From NCBI GenBank assembly GCA_013239625.1, contig MU054049.1, forward strand, positions 1,615,892-1,679,891: a stretch of 64,000 nt of DNA, given 5' to 3'. Positions within the stretch are counted from its first letter, which is position 1, and each line of letters opens with the position of its first letter. A program made the translations under genes and the position numbers. This DNA comes from Lama guanicoe. Its lineage: Eukaryota. Under the pieces are notes generated by a model. It made no database searches, had not been told where the DNA came from, and saw only the letters and a list, made by a program, of their open reading frames with translations. Below, piece after piece: positions 39,784 through 52,469 of the stretch.

Positions 39784-42129
39784 AGGATGATCAATTTAAC
39801 AAGTATCTATTGAGTGCCTACTATGGGGAAGATTTACGTTATCAAAAGTTGACTATGAGCAGTTTGTGGGGGTCAGGAGCTGGCAACAATACTGAAGGCA
39901 GGGGGCTCTGCCACGAGGCTAGCATGAGATAATAAGGACAGAGGTCAGAACAGCTGGGGAAGGAGGAGACAGGTATTTCCTCTGTACCTGGAGCCGGTGG
40001 TCTGACAACCATGACCCTGCACACAAGTCAGGGGGACGGCAGGGCTTTGGAGACCACAAGGGGTTCCACAGCCCCCACAAGCATGGAAGCCACATGGCCA
40101 AATGGACAAACCCATGGGCATGAGTCAGATGGCCCTGTGACCTTGGCACATTACTCAACCCTCTGCACAGACAATTTATATAATGGGACCCAGAAGAACA
40201 CTTAGCTCACAGGGGTGTTATGAGATTGAAAGCTAATAACGGTAAAAAGCCTTCCACTTGTCTGGGACAGGGCCAGGGATCACAGTAGGACTACTTGCTG
40301 ACCTTTCTTACATCATGGACACGCCTGGAGAAGGTGCTGGCAGGCAGGCTCGGAGAGGACCAGCTTCCAGCCACTCAGACCCAAGTCAGGGAAACGGCTG
40401 ACTTTGCAGCACTGCTGCCCTCTCCAGGGCAGACCCGTCTGTCCCTGATGACTTGGAGCCTTGGGGTGGCAAGCAGAGTATACAGGCTTTGCCGGACTGG
40501 TCCTCTCACCCTGTGGGGGCTACTCCTTGCATCTCTACCATCTGCACCTGGGGTCCCTTTGAGAGGGATTCTGTTTTCAGAGGCTTTGAGACAGATGATC
40601 TTGAACCCGTAGCCCCCTTACCCAAGCACAGAGGGTTTCTCTGGTTCTCAGTGAAGATGAGAACTCACCACACACCCATTTGGAAAAATGCACTCCTACA
40701 CAAGCATCTCCCTTGGATTTTCACTGAGCCCTTCTTTGTGCAGAAAGTGTGCTGGCGATACACTGATGTGGTCTGCAGGGGACATGCCCTCCCTCTGTGC
40801 TGGGCTCCAAGATTTCCCTGCCTCAAACTTACACTTTCCAGGTCTGGCAATGGAGGGGACTCTGCTGATCAGTGCTCACTCTTCTGATAAGACAAGCCCC
40901 CAAAACCAGAAGAGATGGCTGGGCAGCCTTCATCAATCTCAGTTTGCCCAACAGAGTCAACCCTGAATGTAAAATGCAGAGTTTCTCTTAAGTATCTTTT
41001 TGCCTACCCGACTGGTCAATCAGGGGAGCTCTTCAGCAAGGCTGCATTGTCAATGTGCCTTAGAGCAAACCTACTTCCTGGCCCTACCCAGAGTATATCT
41101 GGGGTATTTTCCAGGACCTCTTTAGCTTTCCTCTAAGGGTCCCTCTATCCATTCCAGACTCAACAGAATTTTGGCATCATGAGGAAGATTATCCTTTTAA
41201 AAAGTGATAAACAGGCATATTCTTCCACTGCACAGTCATCTACTGGGAGTGTTGTATACCAGGGCTGATGAGCACAGGCCAGCCACCTCGGACCATACTT
41301 GCAAGGACACACACTCTGGGAGAGGACACAGATACACGAACACATCCTCATGATACAGTGTGACAAATACAGGGATAGACCCATGGTACTGGCAGAAGGA
41401 AAGAAAAAGAATCAGTTTTATTTGGAAAGTGGGACAAAGAGGTTTGATTTTTTTTTTCATAAAAGATGAGTAGAAGTCATCTAGGCAGCCAGGGAGAGGT
41501 GTAATTAACAACAGCATCAACTGACTTCACAAGGAATCTCATTCCATTAATACCAAACCCTGTGAGGCATTGTCAATGCACCCATTTTATAGATGTGTAT
41601 GTAAGATTTGGCGAGGTTAAGTAATTTCTACAAGGTCAGAGAGTTAGCAGCTTATAGAGGAGAGACAACTTTGTACAGTTTTTTAAATGTTGGAACCCAG
41701 ATCCAGAGCATTGAAGTAAATTTGCTTAAGGTTAGACACGTAGAAGGTGATGGAATCAGGAATCAAACCCAGGCATCATACTGAGACCACAGATGTAGAT
41801 GAATTACAGAGGACCTTTTATGTCAAACTAAAGAATTTGGACTCTTTCCCACTGGTGATGAAGAGGCTCTGAAGGTTTTAATTGATGTGGCAACTTCACA
41901 TCCACTCTAGCTTATCCTGCCCAATAAGTATTACCCATAAATTCTGGTAGTGAAGAAGTAACACCAGTTTTCAGCCACAATGGACATGCCTAGGGCAAAG
42001 ATATCTTTATTTAATGATGTTATTCTATTAAACACTGATATGCAATTTAATGAGGATTACTACAACTCAGGAAGAAAAAGACAAACAATATAATAAAAAG
42101 ATGGGGAATGAAGTAACATTCCCCAAGTA

Positions 42130-42780
42130 ATTTACAGAAAGGAAATACTAATGGCCATTAAACATATGAAAAGGTACTCAGCCAATTAGGACAAGTCTAT
42201 AATTAAAACAATCATGAATATCATTTTTCTCCCATCATAGTGACAAAAGGGAAAAAGAAAAGAGCAAGTGTTAGCAAGGGTGTTGAGACTTGTGTCTTCT
42301 GCTTTGTGGGGGTACATATTTATATAGCTACTTTGGAGGGCAATTTGGAAATTTCCTTTAAAACTTAAAAAGTACACAGATTGCTGGATATAGCAAGTTG
42401 TTAGTATATCTCTGGGGGAAGCACCTCCAACCAAGCACAAGGAGATGCGTTGCAACATTGTCACACCTAAGAATTAGATGTAACCCAAATGTCCACCTGG
42501 GGAAATAGCTGCAAACACTAGGCTATGTTTATAAGGGAGAAATAGTATGCAGCAGCTAAGAAAATCACGCTATTTCTGTATAGACTAAAGTGGATACATT
42601 ATTGAGTGGAAAAGGAAACAGAAGCAGAATGCTACATACATAATAACATTTATGTAAAAATATACTTATTTAAACATAGAGGCTGTTTAGGTTATATTCT
42701 ATATGAGTTCATAGATATGTATGGAAAGGGTTTTAGAAAGGGCTTGGAAAATATACATAAGAACAGTATCGGTGGTAGTA
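42130..42780 (+). mobile_element. Old L1 3' remnant
   Basis: Degenerate ORF2 C-terminal and 3'UTR sequence ('aatggccattaaacatatgaaaagg', 'ctactttggagggcaatttgg', 'aacccaaatgtcca'). Confidence 0.6.
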
Positions 42781-42833
42781 TCAGAGAGTTAACAGAAGGG
42801 CCCAGGATTGGGAGGCAGAAAGAAACATTTATA

Positions 42834-43138
42834 AGTTTGTTTTCTATGTCTATGAGTCTGTTTCTATTTTGTAAATTACCAGGGGGGAAGGAGGTAGGGA
42901 TAAATTGGGAGTTCGAGATTTTCAGATACTAGCTACTATGTGTAAAATAGATAAACATCAAGTTCATACTGTATATAGTACAGGGAACTATATTTAATAT
43001 CTTGTAGTAACCTATAATGAAAAAGAATATGAATATGAATATATGTATGTATATGTATGACTGAAGCATTATGCTGTACACCAGAAATTGATACAACATT
43101 GTAAACTGACAATACTTCAATTAAAAAAAGATTAAAAA
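42834..43138 (+). mobile_element. Short L1 3' end with 5' inversion (twin priming), flanked by TSD
   Basis: Inverted segment at ~42834-42876, then sense 3'UTR and A-tail. TSD AAACATTTATA at 42823-42833 and 43139-43149. Confidence 0.85.
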
Positions 43139-44249
43139 AAACATTTATATGCACTAATTTCTATGAGCAATCCCTGAACAATTTCTATTTATGTACTACT
43201 TATGTGATTAATTTCCATTTTAATAAATATAGAGTTGGATTTGAAAATCACTGACACATCAGCTCCTATGCAAAGTACTATGGCCGGTGCTCTGCAGAAT
43301 GCATAACGAGCAAAATCTCAATTATTAGACACCCAGGTGCAGTTCTTGCCTTCAAGAAGCTCTCAGGCTGGTGAAGGGGAACAGGCCCAACACCATGTGG
43401 GATACATTCCTGAAGAAGAGTAGAAAATGCAGTGGGATTCGTGGTGGGGGAAGGGCAGGTTATCCACACTACTTCAGGAATCAGGGAAGCATTTATGGTA
43501 ACCAACAAGAGGCAAAGCTGGGCATGGGCCAAGAGAACCTCCAGTTCAAAAGGACAGAGGTGGGAGCTCCTGTGGCCATTAGGGAAGGCAGGGATGACAG
43601 GAAGGTGGGGGCACATTGTGGAAAAACCACAAGACTGGGAGAAGAAGTTGGACCATAGTCCCAGGCAGCAGGAGCCCCTGTGAGGTCTGTCACCTCCTGG
43701 GAAGTTGCCTGAACTTTACAGAGAAAAGAAGTTTGGCATCCATGCAGAAGTGGGTTGGCCAGGTCAGGAGGCAAGGGACAAGTTGAGTGGCAATTGATTG
43801 CACCTGTGTGGGGGAAGATTTGTGGTCTGAGCTGGGAGCAGGGGTGGTCTTGATGGAGGTGAGAGATGAACCTGAGAAACTCACTGAATTGGGATGGAAG
43901 TGAATGCAGGAAGCAGTGACAAGGCCGTGCTTCCACTCAGTGAGTCACAGGAAGTGTCAGGAGTCAGAAGGGAAGCAGGTAGGGGCAGCTCCTTCTCTGG
44001 GATCTGTACAAAGGAGCTAGGAGTCTCACCCACAGTGCAGGATCCAGAGTCCCCTTCTTTTCCCATTGGAGCTCAGCTATGCTGTGCATAAGGCAGGTCT
44101 GGACCCCGAGGACTGCCTAGCCAAGGGCAGGCAGGCAGGCAGTCACATAGTCCTTCTGGCTTCCAGCCACCAGACTCACAGGCTTCCAGGAAAGACTGAC
44201 AGGGCTGCTCTGTTTCTTTGACTCTGAGAATATGTGGCTGGGGAAGCCT

Positions 44250-44261
44250 AAATTAATTAAA
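44250..44261. promoter_or_regulatory. Candidate LIM-homeodomain site (AAATTAATTAAA)
   Basis: Matches an Lhx3-type AAATTAATTA motif, ~1.2 kb upstream of the NRSE. Motif match only. Confidence 0.3.
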
Positions 44262-45488
44262 TGATGCTGAGGCCCTGAGGCCCTCCAGAGGAAGCACACA
44301 GGGGAGCGGGTGGTTAAGGCAGGGAAACTGTACTCCCATCCCCAGTGTTGGAATCTAGAGAGGCTCATGAGCTTCATTGGAACTAAGCCGGCACTTAAGT
44401 GCTTTCTGGGAGACAAAGAAACAATAAAACAGGAGCAGGTGCCCCGCCCACACACTGCCACCACCATCAACCTGCTTCTCTACAGAAACATGGCTGTTTC
44501 ATGTTTCTGGGACCAGATGTCTTTGTGAAGCAAAAAAACTATAAGGCCCTGGAATTGACTCGGTCTATGACCTTCTTTAAAAAGAAGCCAGAATGGACTG
44601 ATGCCTCCCTTAAAAGCACCTTCCCCCACACACTACTCCCCCAAGACTTCCAACACATACACACACACACACACAAGACCTTGCCCAGGGACAAGGGCAA
44701 GATGGCCATTCCTTCACCCACTCCCCGAGCTGCCATATACCAGGACTCCTCGAGTCTCCATCAGGCTCCACCATGGCACTAGTCCAGCTTAGAAAGGACT
44801 TGTTCTAGCTGAATGAGGCCACAACTGTAACCAAGAGATAAAATGAGAAAAAAGATTGTCAGCCAGGAACTACCAGGCTGTCTCTATCCATATGAAGCAA
44901 TAATAATCAAACTCCTACTAAGTGTGAGGCATTGAGCTAAGTATTTTCAAGTAAATCATCTCATAATCTTCATTCATCCTGGAACAGGGCAACATGGTGG
45001 CTGAGAGCTGGATGCTGGGGCTTGCCTGTGATTTAATTCTATCTCCCACGGTTTGTGAGCTGACTATGGATAAATTACTATATCTTGGTGTCCTTACATG
45101 TAAAAAGGTATTAGAAGGGTTGATAAGAGGATTAAATGAATTAATGTTTGTAAAGTGCTTAGAACAGCGCCTGGCACATTATAAGCATGTCTGGATGTCT
45201 TATAAATAAGTTCCTTCCTTTACTCATTCGACTTACATTGATTTCCAGATATGTACTCTATAGTAACTGTAACTATATCTGGTTGAGAAAAGAGGCGGGG
45301 GGGGGGAATGTTTCTATTTTCTCCAACAGGATTGAATGGGAAGTCCCTTTTGCCTGTAAGTTATGCTCAGATAGAGAGTCTCTGGAAAGGAATTTACCAA
45401 GAGTTCTGGTGGCGAGGAAGCCACAGGTGCAGGAAGATGGAGGCGCGGGGCCCTTATGGGAGGCTTGTTGGCAAGCTGCAAAGCCGGC

Positions 45489-45509
45489 GCCAGCACCCTG
45501 GACAGCTCC
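45489..45509 (+). promoter_or_regulatory. RE1/NRSE (REST-binding silencer) of the cholinergic locus
   Basis: GCCAGCACCCTGGACAGCTCC versus consensus TTCAGCACCNCGGACAGCGCC, with both cores (CAGCACC, GGACAG) at canonical spacing. An NRSE upstream of the R exon is known for this locus. Confidence 0.85.
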
Positions 45510-47439
45510 CCGCAGGCCAGGGCCGGAACAGAGGTTGCTCATCCTGCCAAGGCTCAGGCCCTACTTTTTGCTGAGGCAAGGCATCCTGGCCTCCCTGCCA
45601 ACTCCTCCACCCTAGTCCTTGGGGCTGCTGATGCACGGGTAGGGAGATGGAGGGTGAGGGAGTTTAGTGTCCTTGGGGCCTCCTTAAGGAGCTGGTCCAG
45701 GACCCTCTTCCTCCCACGGATCTTCATCTGCTCCTCTCCTTGGCACTGCCAGGGAGGGTGTGGTCACCTTGCAGAAAGAGCAGAAGAGGCACAATGAGGC
45801 ACAGGCATAAGGAAGCAGCATGAAGACCAGCAGACTGGTCCCATGGCCTGGGTTTAAATCCAGGCTCTATTGCTGGGATCTCAGGCAAGTGACCAGCTTC
45901 TCCATGCTCTATTTCCTCAACAGTGTAAGACAGGGGAAGTAGCACCTACACTGAACCAGGATTGGGTGAGGACTAAATAAAACAGCACACACAATGCCCC
46001 TGGCACAGAGACATGATTATTAATGAGCCTGTTTCCTGCCATAGGGGAATGAAAGACTGGAGAGTTAGGCAGGAGCCCAGAGATAACTCGTCTTCATGCT
46101 CAGAAACAGCCATGAATTCTGTGGGCCAGAGGGATGGGAGAAGGAAACTGCATCTTGAAGTCCCTGGGAGAGTTTCTCTTCTCTAAGATTCCACTGTTCT
46201 TCAACCACGAGACAGAAAACTTCTGCCTTAAACCCCAACCGCCCTTTTTAAAATCAGGTGAGGCAAACAATGTAAGCATAAGTAATAATTGCTCAGCAGG
46301 CTGGTAGACTGTCCCTTTAAAAGTCTTATAATGGGAGAAATAGAAGGGGCCAGAGGTCTCAAACTCAAATGACCAGAGAATGAGGCAGGTGACATAAGTT
46401 TGTGAAGCCAGATAGAGATAGACTGAGATGAGCAGGAGAGGGTGTGTACTGACCAAAGGCCTTCAGATGAAATTTAAAACAACTCTTTCACCCAACGGAA
46501 CCCTTCTATGGCACCCATTTTTCCCTGACGGCTGCAGCCAGTGCGCTTTCCCCTAAGCCCTTACTTAACAGAAGCCAAGACTGGACCCCAGAAAGAGGCT
46601 GTGACCTGCCCAAGGTCATCCGGAGGCAGGACTATCTCCATACTGGAGCTCTTTCCCTCCCTTAGACAGAGGACAGTTTGGTCACTGCAGAGCAGGTGCT
46701 CACAGCTCCTTAAGTGCAAGAGTTTCTTCTCCTTCCCTGGGGTGCCTGAGTGGGAGGAGAGATTGGGCAGCAGGTGGCAAGGCTGCTGCCCCTCACCTTG
46801 GCATCCTGGTCTCCATCACCTCATCCCACAGCTCTCTCAGGGAGAGAAGCCAGCTTTCCAATGCCTTTCCAATTTCCACCTACCAGCCAGGGCAAAGCCT
46901 GGAATCACAATGCCTGCCTAGCCAGAGGGATTAACCAGGAAGCCAGGGAACCCCTAAAACTTTTATCTGCCCTTCACAAGTCTCACAACTGTAAAATGAA
47001 GATAAAACAGCACATTTTACGGATGATAACAATAACCGCAGTAAGCACTTAACATTGCTTTTACTATGTGCCAGCCATCCTAAGCGGTAGGTAATATTAT
47101 CCCATTTTACAGATAAAGAAACAGAGATAGAGAGGCAAAGTGATTCCCCTCAAGCATCTTAACTAGTAAGTGGCAAAGCTGAGTAGCCATCTCAGTTCTC
47201 TGTCTCTCTGAACTCAGATTCTTTGCCCTGCATCGCGATGCCTCCTTGGGGGTGGGGAGAACCGTAAGGAAAGAAGCCAGATCCAATGCTAGTTTGCCTT
47301 TGAGGCCAGAAGGATGAGAAGAATCCTCTCTGACTCTAGAAGAGGGAAGCAAACTGTGCTATCAACAGCACAAGTCTTCCAGCCGCCACTGCCTCAGAGT
47401 CTCTATTCAGCCAGTCTGCAGATCAGAACACGGACTCGA

Positions 47440-47548
47440 TGTGCCATCCACGGTCAACGCTGGAGACACATCAGGCCCAGCGCACAGCCAGGGTGGCTCA
47501 CCTCGCCTGCTGAGAACCGGGCGTCTCAGCGGACGTGGCGCTCTTAAG
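47440..47548 (+). other. CHAT: Candidate non-coding R-type first exon shared by CHAT and SLC18A3 (5' limit uncertain)
   Basis: Strong donor AAG|GTGAGC at 47548/47549, ~1.5 kb upstream of the VAChT ATG and at the CpG island edge. Identity inferred from position. Confidence 0.4.
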
Positions 47549-49016
47549 GTGAGCCCCCTTGAGCCTCTGATGGGAGGAAGGCTGCTGGATCCTGCCCAGA
47601 AAGTGGTCGCGGCGCCCACACGGGATCCCTTAAGCTCCAGGAGTAGACTCCGGAGCTGGGATCTAGTGGTACGTCACTCCCAGAGCCCACCCGGGACTTG
47701 GAGGCAGCTCTGGAGATTGGAGGGGCGGGGGTGGGAAGGAGGCGGGACCTCGCAGAGCCGAGGGAGGGCTTGGTGTAGTGCGAAGAGGACCCGGGAGGAG
47801 TTAGAGTCGGGAAGGCGTGAGGAGGAGGGAAGGGAGAAGAGGCGGAGCTGGGGGACCCGGACAGTTAAAACGGAAAGGGGGAGTACCGGTTAGGAGAGGT
47901 TGGTGAGGAATGCGGGAAGGTGGGCGGGGCAGGGCTGATATTCGGGGGCCCTGGGTAGTGACGAGGCGAGTTCTTCTTCTCAATCCCCAGATGCTCAGAG
48001 GCAGGAATTCTCTGCTGTGACACTCTCCCCAAGGGCTGGTCGGTCGGAACCCGGTCCAGCAGCCTCTGCGCCTCCCCCCTTCCTTCCCCGGCGTGGAAGG
48101 GGCCAGGGGGCGGGGCCAGAGAAAAGGTTGGGGGATCCGTCCTCGGCGCCCCTCCAGTCACAGCCCCATATTCCAGCTGCGAGAACAGATGGACGCAGCC
48201 GCGGCTCACCTCGGGGACTCCTTGCCCGCTGTGCGCCGAGATCCAGGCTGAGTCGGAGATCTGGAGCCCCCAGCACCCACCTCTCCCTGCGGGGCCAGGG
48301 GAAGCGACCGCTGTGCGCCCCCTTCCGCGGGGAGAAGAGCGGGCGCGGATCCCACGAGTCCTAGAACTGCGGGGGCAGAGAGACCGCTTGTCGCGTGGCG
48401 CACCCAACCTCAGGGGCTTGGCCAGGACTCTTTCCGCACCAAGACCCCTTCCTGGGGCTTCCAGCCGTGGCGCATCTGGGGAGGGGACCCCCCTCCCGGC
48501 AGCGCCCCGCCCCCAGCCCCCGCCCCGCCGACGTCGCATTAGCATGAGCGACGCAAGTGGCCCGGGCACCACTCGGGGGCCGAGACTCGCCGCGTCACAG
48601 CCCCGAGTGTAAAGGAAAAAAAGAGTAGGCGGCGGAGGAGGAGGCAAGAGCCGACGCGAGGGGAGGGGAGAGCGGCGGGGCGAGCGAGCCGGCGGGCGGG
48701 CGGCAGCAGCATGCCCCTCGGCCCGTGCGGGCGGCCTCTCAGCGCTGCGGGGGCGGCTCCGGGCGCGCCTCGGCCGCAGCGCTCTCAGTCTCAGGCCCCG
48801 GCCCCTCTGCACGCCCGGCTTTCCTGACCGCCCCTGAGCCGAGAGGCGGCGGGTTCGGAGCTCGGCTCCGTACAGCGGCGGCGCCTCGCCGGACAAGGTC
48901 CTTGCCTTTCTCCTGGCACAGGGTCCCCCGAAGTTCCGCGCCCTCGTGCCTGGATTGCAGGGCGCCCGCGCCGGCCCCGGCCCAAGCGTCCTCGGAAGAG
49001 CGGCCGGGTGGGGGCA

Positions 49017-50603
49017 ATGGAACCAGCTGCGCCTACCCGCCAGGCCCCGGCCGCAGCCAGCAAGCTGTCGGAGGCGGTGGGCGCGGCGCTGCAAGATCCC
49101 CGGCGGCAGCGGCGCCTGGTGCTGGTCATCGTGTGCGTGGCGCTATTCCTGGACAACATGCTGTACATGGTCATCGTGCCCATCGTGCCCTACTACATGC
49201 GAGCTGCCAGCGAGATGCCCACCCCGACCTCCAAAATATCTGTGCCCAACCTGCCGACGCCTATTCCGGCCAATGCCAGTACCAACACGGTCAATTCCTC
49301 AGAGTCCTCGACGGGCGGGATGCCGACCGGGTCTGCGGAGCAGCACCACTACCCCGCGGACAGCGAGGACGTGAAGATCGGGGTACTGTTTGCCTCCAAG
49401 GCTATCCTGCAGCTGCTGGTGAACCCCCTGAGCGGGACCTTCATTGACCGCATGAGCTATGACTTGCCGCTGCTTATGGGCCTGGGCGTACTGTTCGCCT
49501 CTACAGTGATGTTTGCCTTCGCAGAGGGCTACGCGATGCTCTTCGCCGCGCGCAGCCTGCAGGGTCTAGGCTCTGCCTTCGCGGATACGTCCAGCATTGC
49601 CATGATTGCTGACAAGTATCCTGAAGAGCCTGAGCGCAGTCGCGCGCTAGGCTGGGCGCTGGCCTTCATCAGCTTCGGAAGTCTAGTGGCGCCGCCCTTC
49701 GGGGGGTTCCTTCACGAGTTCGCGGGCAAGACCGCGCCCTTCCTGGTGCTCGCCATCGTTTCCCTGCTCGACGCCCTGTTGCTGCTGGCGGTAGCCAAGC
49801 CCTTCTCGGCTGCGGCGCGGGCGCGGGCCAACCTGCCGGTGGGCACGCCCATCCACCGTCTCATGCTGGACCCTTACATCGCCGTGGTGGCAGGGGCGCT
49901 TACCACCTGCAACATCCCCCTCGCCTTCCTCGAGCCCACCATCGCCACGTGGATGAAGCACACGATGGCTGCATCCGAGTGGGAGACCGGCCTGGCCTGG
50001 TTGCCGGCCTTCGTGCCGCACGTGCTAGGCGTCTACCTCACAGTGCGACTGGCGGCGCGCTACCCTCACCTGCAGTGGTTGTATGGCGCGTTCGGTCTGG
50101 CAGTAATCGGTGCCAGCTCGTGCTTGGTGCCCGCCTGCCGCTCCTTCGCACCACTGGTGGTCTCGCTCTGCGGCCTCTGCTTCGGTATTGCGCTGGTGGA
50201 CACGGCGCTGCTGCCCACGCTGGCCTTTCTTGTGGACGTGCGCCACGTCTCGGTCTATGGTAGTGTCTACGCCATCGCTGACATATCCTACTGCGTGGCC
50301 TATGCTCTCGGGCCCATAGTGGCGGGCCACATTGTGCACTCGTTTGGCTTTGTGCAGCTTAGCCTTGGCATGGGCCTGGTCAATCTGCTCTACGCACCCG
50401 TCCTACTGCTGCTGCGCAACGTGGGCCTCTTGAAGCGCTCCCGCTCAGAGCGCGATGTGCTGCTGGATGAGCCACCGCAGGGTCTGTATGATGCTGTGCG
50501 CCTGCGTGAGCGCCCTGTGTCCGACTGGGACCGCGAGCCTCGCAGCCCACCTGGCCCCTTTGACGAGTGCGAGGACGGCTACGACTACTACACTCGCAGC
50601 TAG
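49017..50603 (+). CDS. SLC18A3: Vesicular acetylcholine transporter (VAChT), intronless, 528 aa
   Basis: MFS/SLC18 signatures '[27 protein letters not shown]', '[13 protein letters not shown]', 'LAFLEPTIA', '[12 protein letters not shown]', 'RSERDVLL' and C-terminal 'YYTRS'. ATG in gcaATGg context (the ORF track opens at an upstream GTG). Acceptor-like 'tttctcctggcacag' ends at 48921 in the 5'UTR. Confidence 0.99.
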   Translation: MEPAAPTRQAPAAASKLSEAVGAALQDPRRQRRLVLVIVCVALFLDNMLYMVIVPIVPYYMRAASEMPTPTSKISVPNLPTPIPANASTNTVNSSESSTGGMPTGSAEQHHYPADSEDVKIGVLFASKAILQLLVNPLSGTFIDRMSYDLPLLMGLGVLFASTVMFAFAEGYAMLFAARSLQGLGSAFADTSSIAMIADKYPEEPERSRALGWALAFISFGSLVAPPFGGFLHEFAGKTAPFLVLAIVSLLDALLLLAVAKPFSAAARARANLPVGTPIHRLMLDPYIAVVAGALTTCNIPLAFLEPTIATWMKHTMAASEWETGLAWLPAFVPHVLGVYLTVRLAARYPHLQWLYGAFGLAVIGASSCLVPACRSFAPLVVSLCGLCFGIALVDTALLPTLAFLVDVRHVSVYGSVYAIADISYCVAYALGPIVAGHIVHSFGFVQLSLGMGLVNLLYAPVLLLLRNVGLLKRSRSERDVLLDEPPQGLYDAVRLRERPVSDWDREPRSPPGPFDECEDGYDYYTRS

Positions 50604-50984
50604 CATCCGCGCTCCTCCCCCTGGCCACCCACCCCCTCCCCACTCTACCCCCACTCCCGGGCCAGGGTGGCTGCACTGTGAGCACACTGGCCAGCTCAGG
50701 CTCAGGGCCCGCCCCCTCCAGCGAGTACCCCAGCCCCTCCTTTGTCTTTATTTCCCTTGCCTGGGTCCCCTGTCTATGACTCTTTCTGTGTCCCCCTCTC
50801 TCTCGTCCACTGGGGCGTGGAGCACTGAGGTGCGTGAATTGATGTACTTCTGGCAGAGATGAAGAGAAGCGCCGGCGGTCTCCTCGGGGCTCCCCCGTGT
50901 AGACCTGTGCCTCTGTCTGTCCTTCCTTCCGTTCCTCCTAGTGCCAACTCGTCCCGCTGCACCGCGGTGCCTCCGGGCTGAATC

Positions 50985-50990
50985 AATAAA
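50985..50990 (+). terminator. Polyadenylation signal of SLC18A3
   Basis: AATAAA ~380 nt after the stop codon. Confidence 0.8.
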
Positions 50991-52103
50991 CCATATCTGT
51001 ACGAGACCGAGTTTCTTTACTGATGGGAGTGGGAGACTGGGCAAGGGGCCAGGGCAGAGGGGAGGGTGAGCTGAGTCTAACCTCAATCCAGGTCTCAGTC
51101 CAGCGGGCACTCGGAAAGCCTGTGGCTTTTTTGCTACCTGGAAAAGGAGACGCAAACCCAACAAAGGCTCCCACCCTGGAACACCCTGGTGCACACGCCC
51201 GCAGCCCGCGCCAGTCCCTTCCCCACCCTAGGCGCAGCGCAGCGCCCTAGGGCGCCGCCCGGGGGAGCCTGAGTACCCGCTCCCTCTGGGTGCGTCGGCC
51301 CCGCCCCTGGAGGACACGCCCTGAATCAGCCTCAGAGCTCCCCGGGCTTCGCTTAGAGCAGCTTGCCCCGTCCAGGCTCCGAAAGGAACAGAGGCCGAGC
51401 CGTTACGAGCAGCGGAAGGAAACCCGCCCCATCTTTAAGGGCCCGATTTCTGGAAACGCGCGTGTATGATTGTGTGTGTTTGTTAGAGAGCTAGGCTCTA
51501 TCCTACACGGAGTGGGGAAACAGTTGTCAGTGTGTCCACTGTGTCCCGGCTGTGGGGGGCTTGAGTCGGAGCTGGAGAGGGTGCGGGTGTGGGAGCTTCT
51601 ACCAACCCCCCGCACACACACACACACCGGGTCCTGAGTGGAAGCAGCCACCCAGGGCTGTCAAAGAAGTCTCTCTACCTTGAGTGAGGCTCCCCAGAGT
51701 CGCAGACCGGCGTTTGTGCACCACTTCCAGTCCTGCAGCCTGCGGGCCTCGTGAAGGCTACAGCGTTCTCTGATCCTGGCATGGAGAGGCCGCTGTGTTG
51801 GGGTATGCCTGTGTATTAGACAACTCCTGTGGGGGTCTGCGCTGCTGGTGTGTGCACGTCTGTTCTCGATCTGCGTGTCAGGCTGAGTGTGTGGGCAGAG
51901 TCTGCCTTTGTGGGTCTGTCTGTGTGTGTCCCCGTGGAAGGCCCTGTATGGGGGAGGGGACGGGACTGCTTTGTCTGGGAGGAGTGTCTGCCTCTGGCTG
52001 CATATCTCTAAGCATCCCCAGGTCTGTATCTGGCATATTCCCCATAGCGCCGGCTGGGATAAGTGGGAATAGAAAAGAAGGACCTGCAGTCATCAACAAA
52101 CAG

Positions 52104-52117
52104 GTTGTTGTTGTTGT

Positions 52118-52167
<50 letters not shown>
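52104..52167. repeat. (GTT)n microsatellite, about 20 units with one interruption
   Basis: Read directly; ~300 bp upstream of the M-exon ATG. Confidence 0.95.
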
Positions 52168-52168
<1 letters not shown>

Positions 52169-52469
52169 TGAAAGGAGTTGCAGTGGGATTGGAGCCTGCC
52201 CTAGACGGTGGGGGAGTTCACAGATTTACCCAGACCCAACCCTCCCCAGAGTTCTACAGATGCAGCCACAGCTGGAATAAAGGGGTTGGGGGAGCGCTGG
52301 GACTGAGGAGGCTGGGCTGAGGGTGATGGACACGGGTGGGGCCGGGATCTGCACCCCGCTCTGGGGGCCTGGATTCCGCTGCCTTTGCAGGAGCTAGACC
52401 GGGAAGCCGTCAGAGCGGGGAATGGGGGGATCCCGGAAGGCGGCCGGGTGGGGAGCGCAGGGATAGAGG

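Noticed and set aside
49008..49016. ORF-track start of VAChT at 49008
   Set aside because: It is a GTG. The ATG at 49017 has good Kozak context and matches the known N-terminus.
47865..49094. 409-aa minus-strand ORF antisense to the VAChT promoter
   Set aside because: Arg/Pro/Gly-rich with no recognisable domain. Long stop-free frames are expected in a CpG island.
51795..52320. Poly-Cys and poly-Val ORFs
   Set aside because: Translations of the (GTT)n microsatellite.
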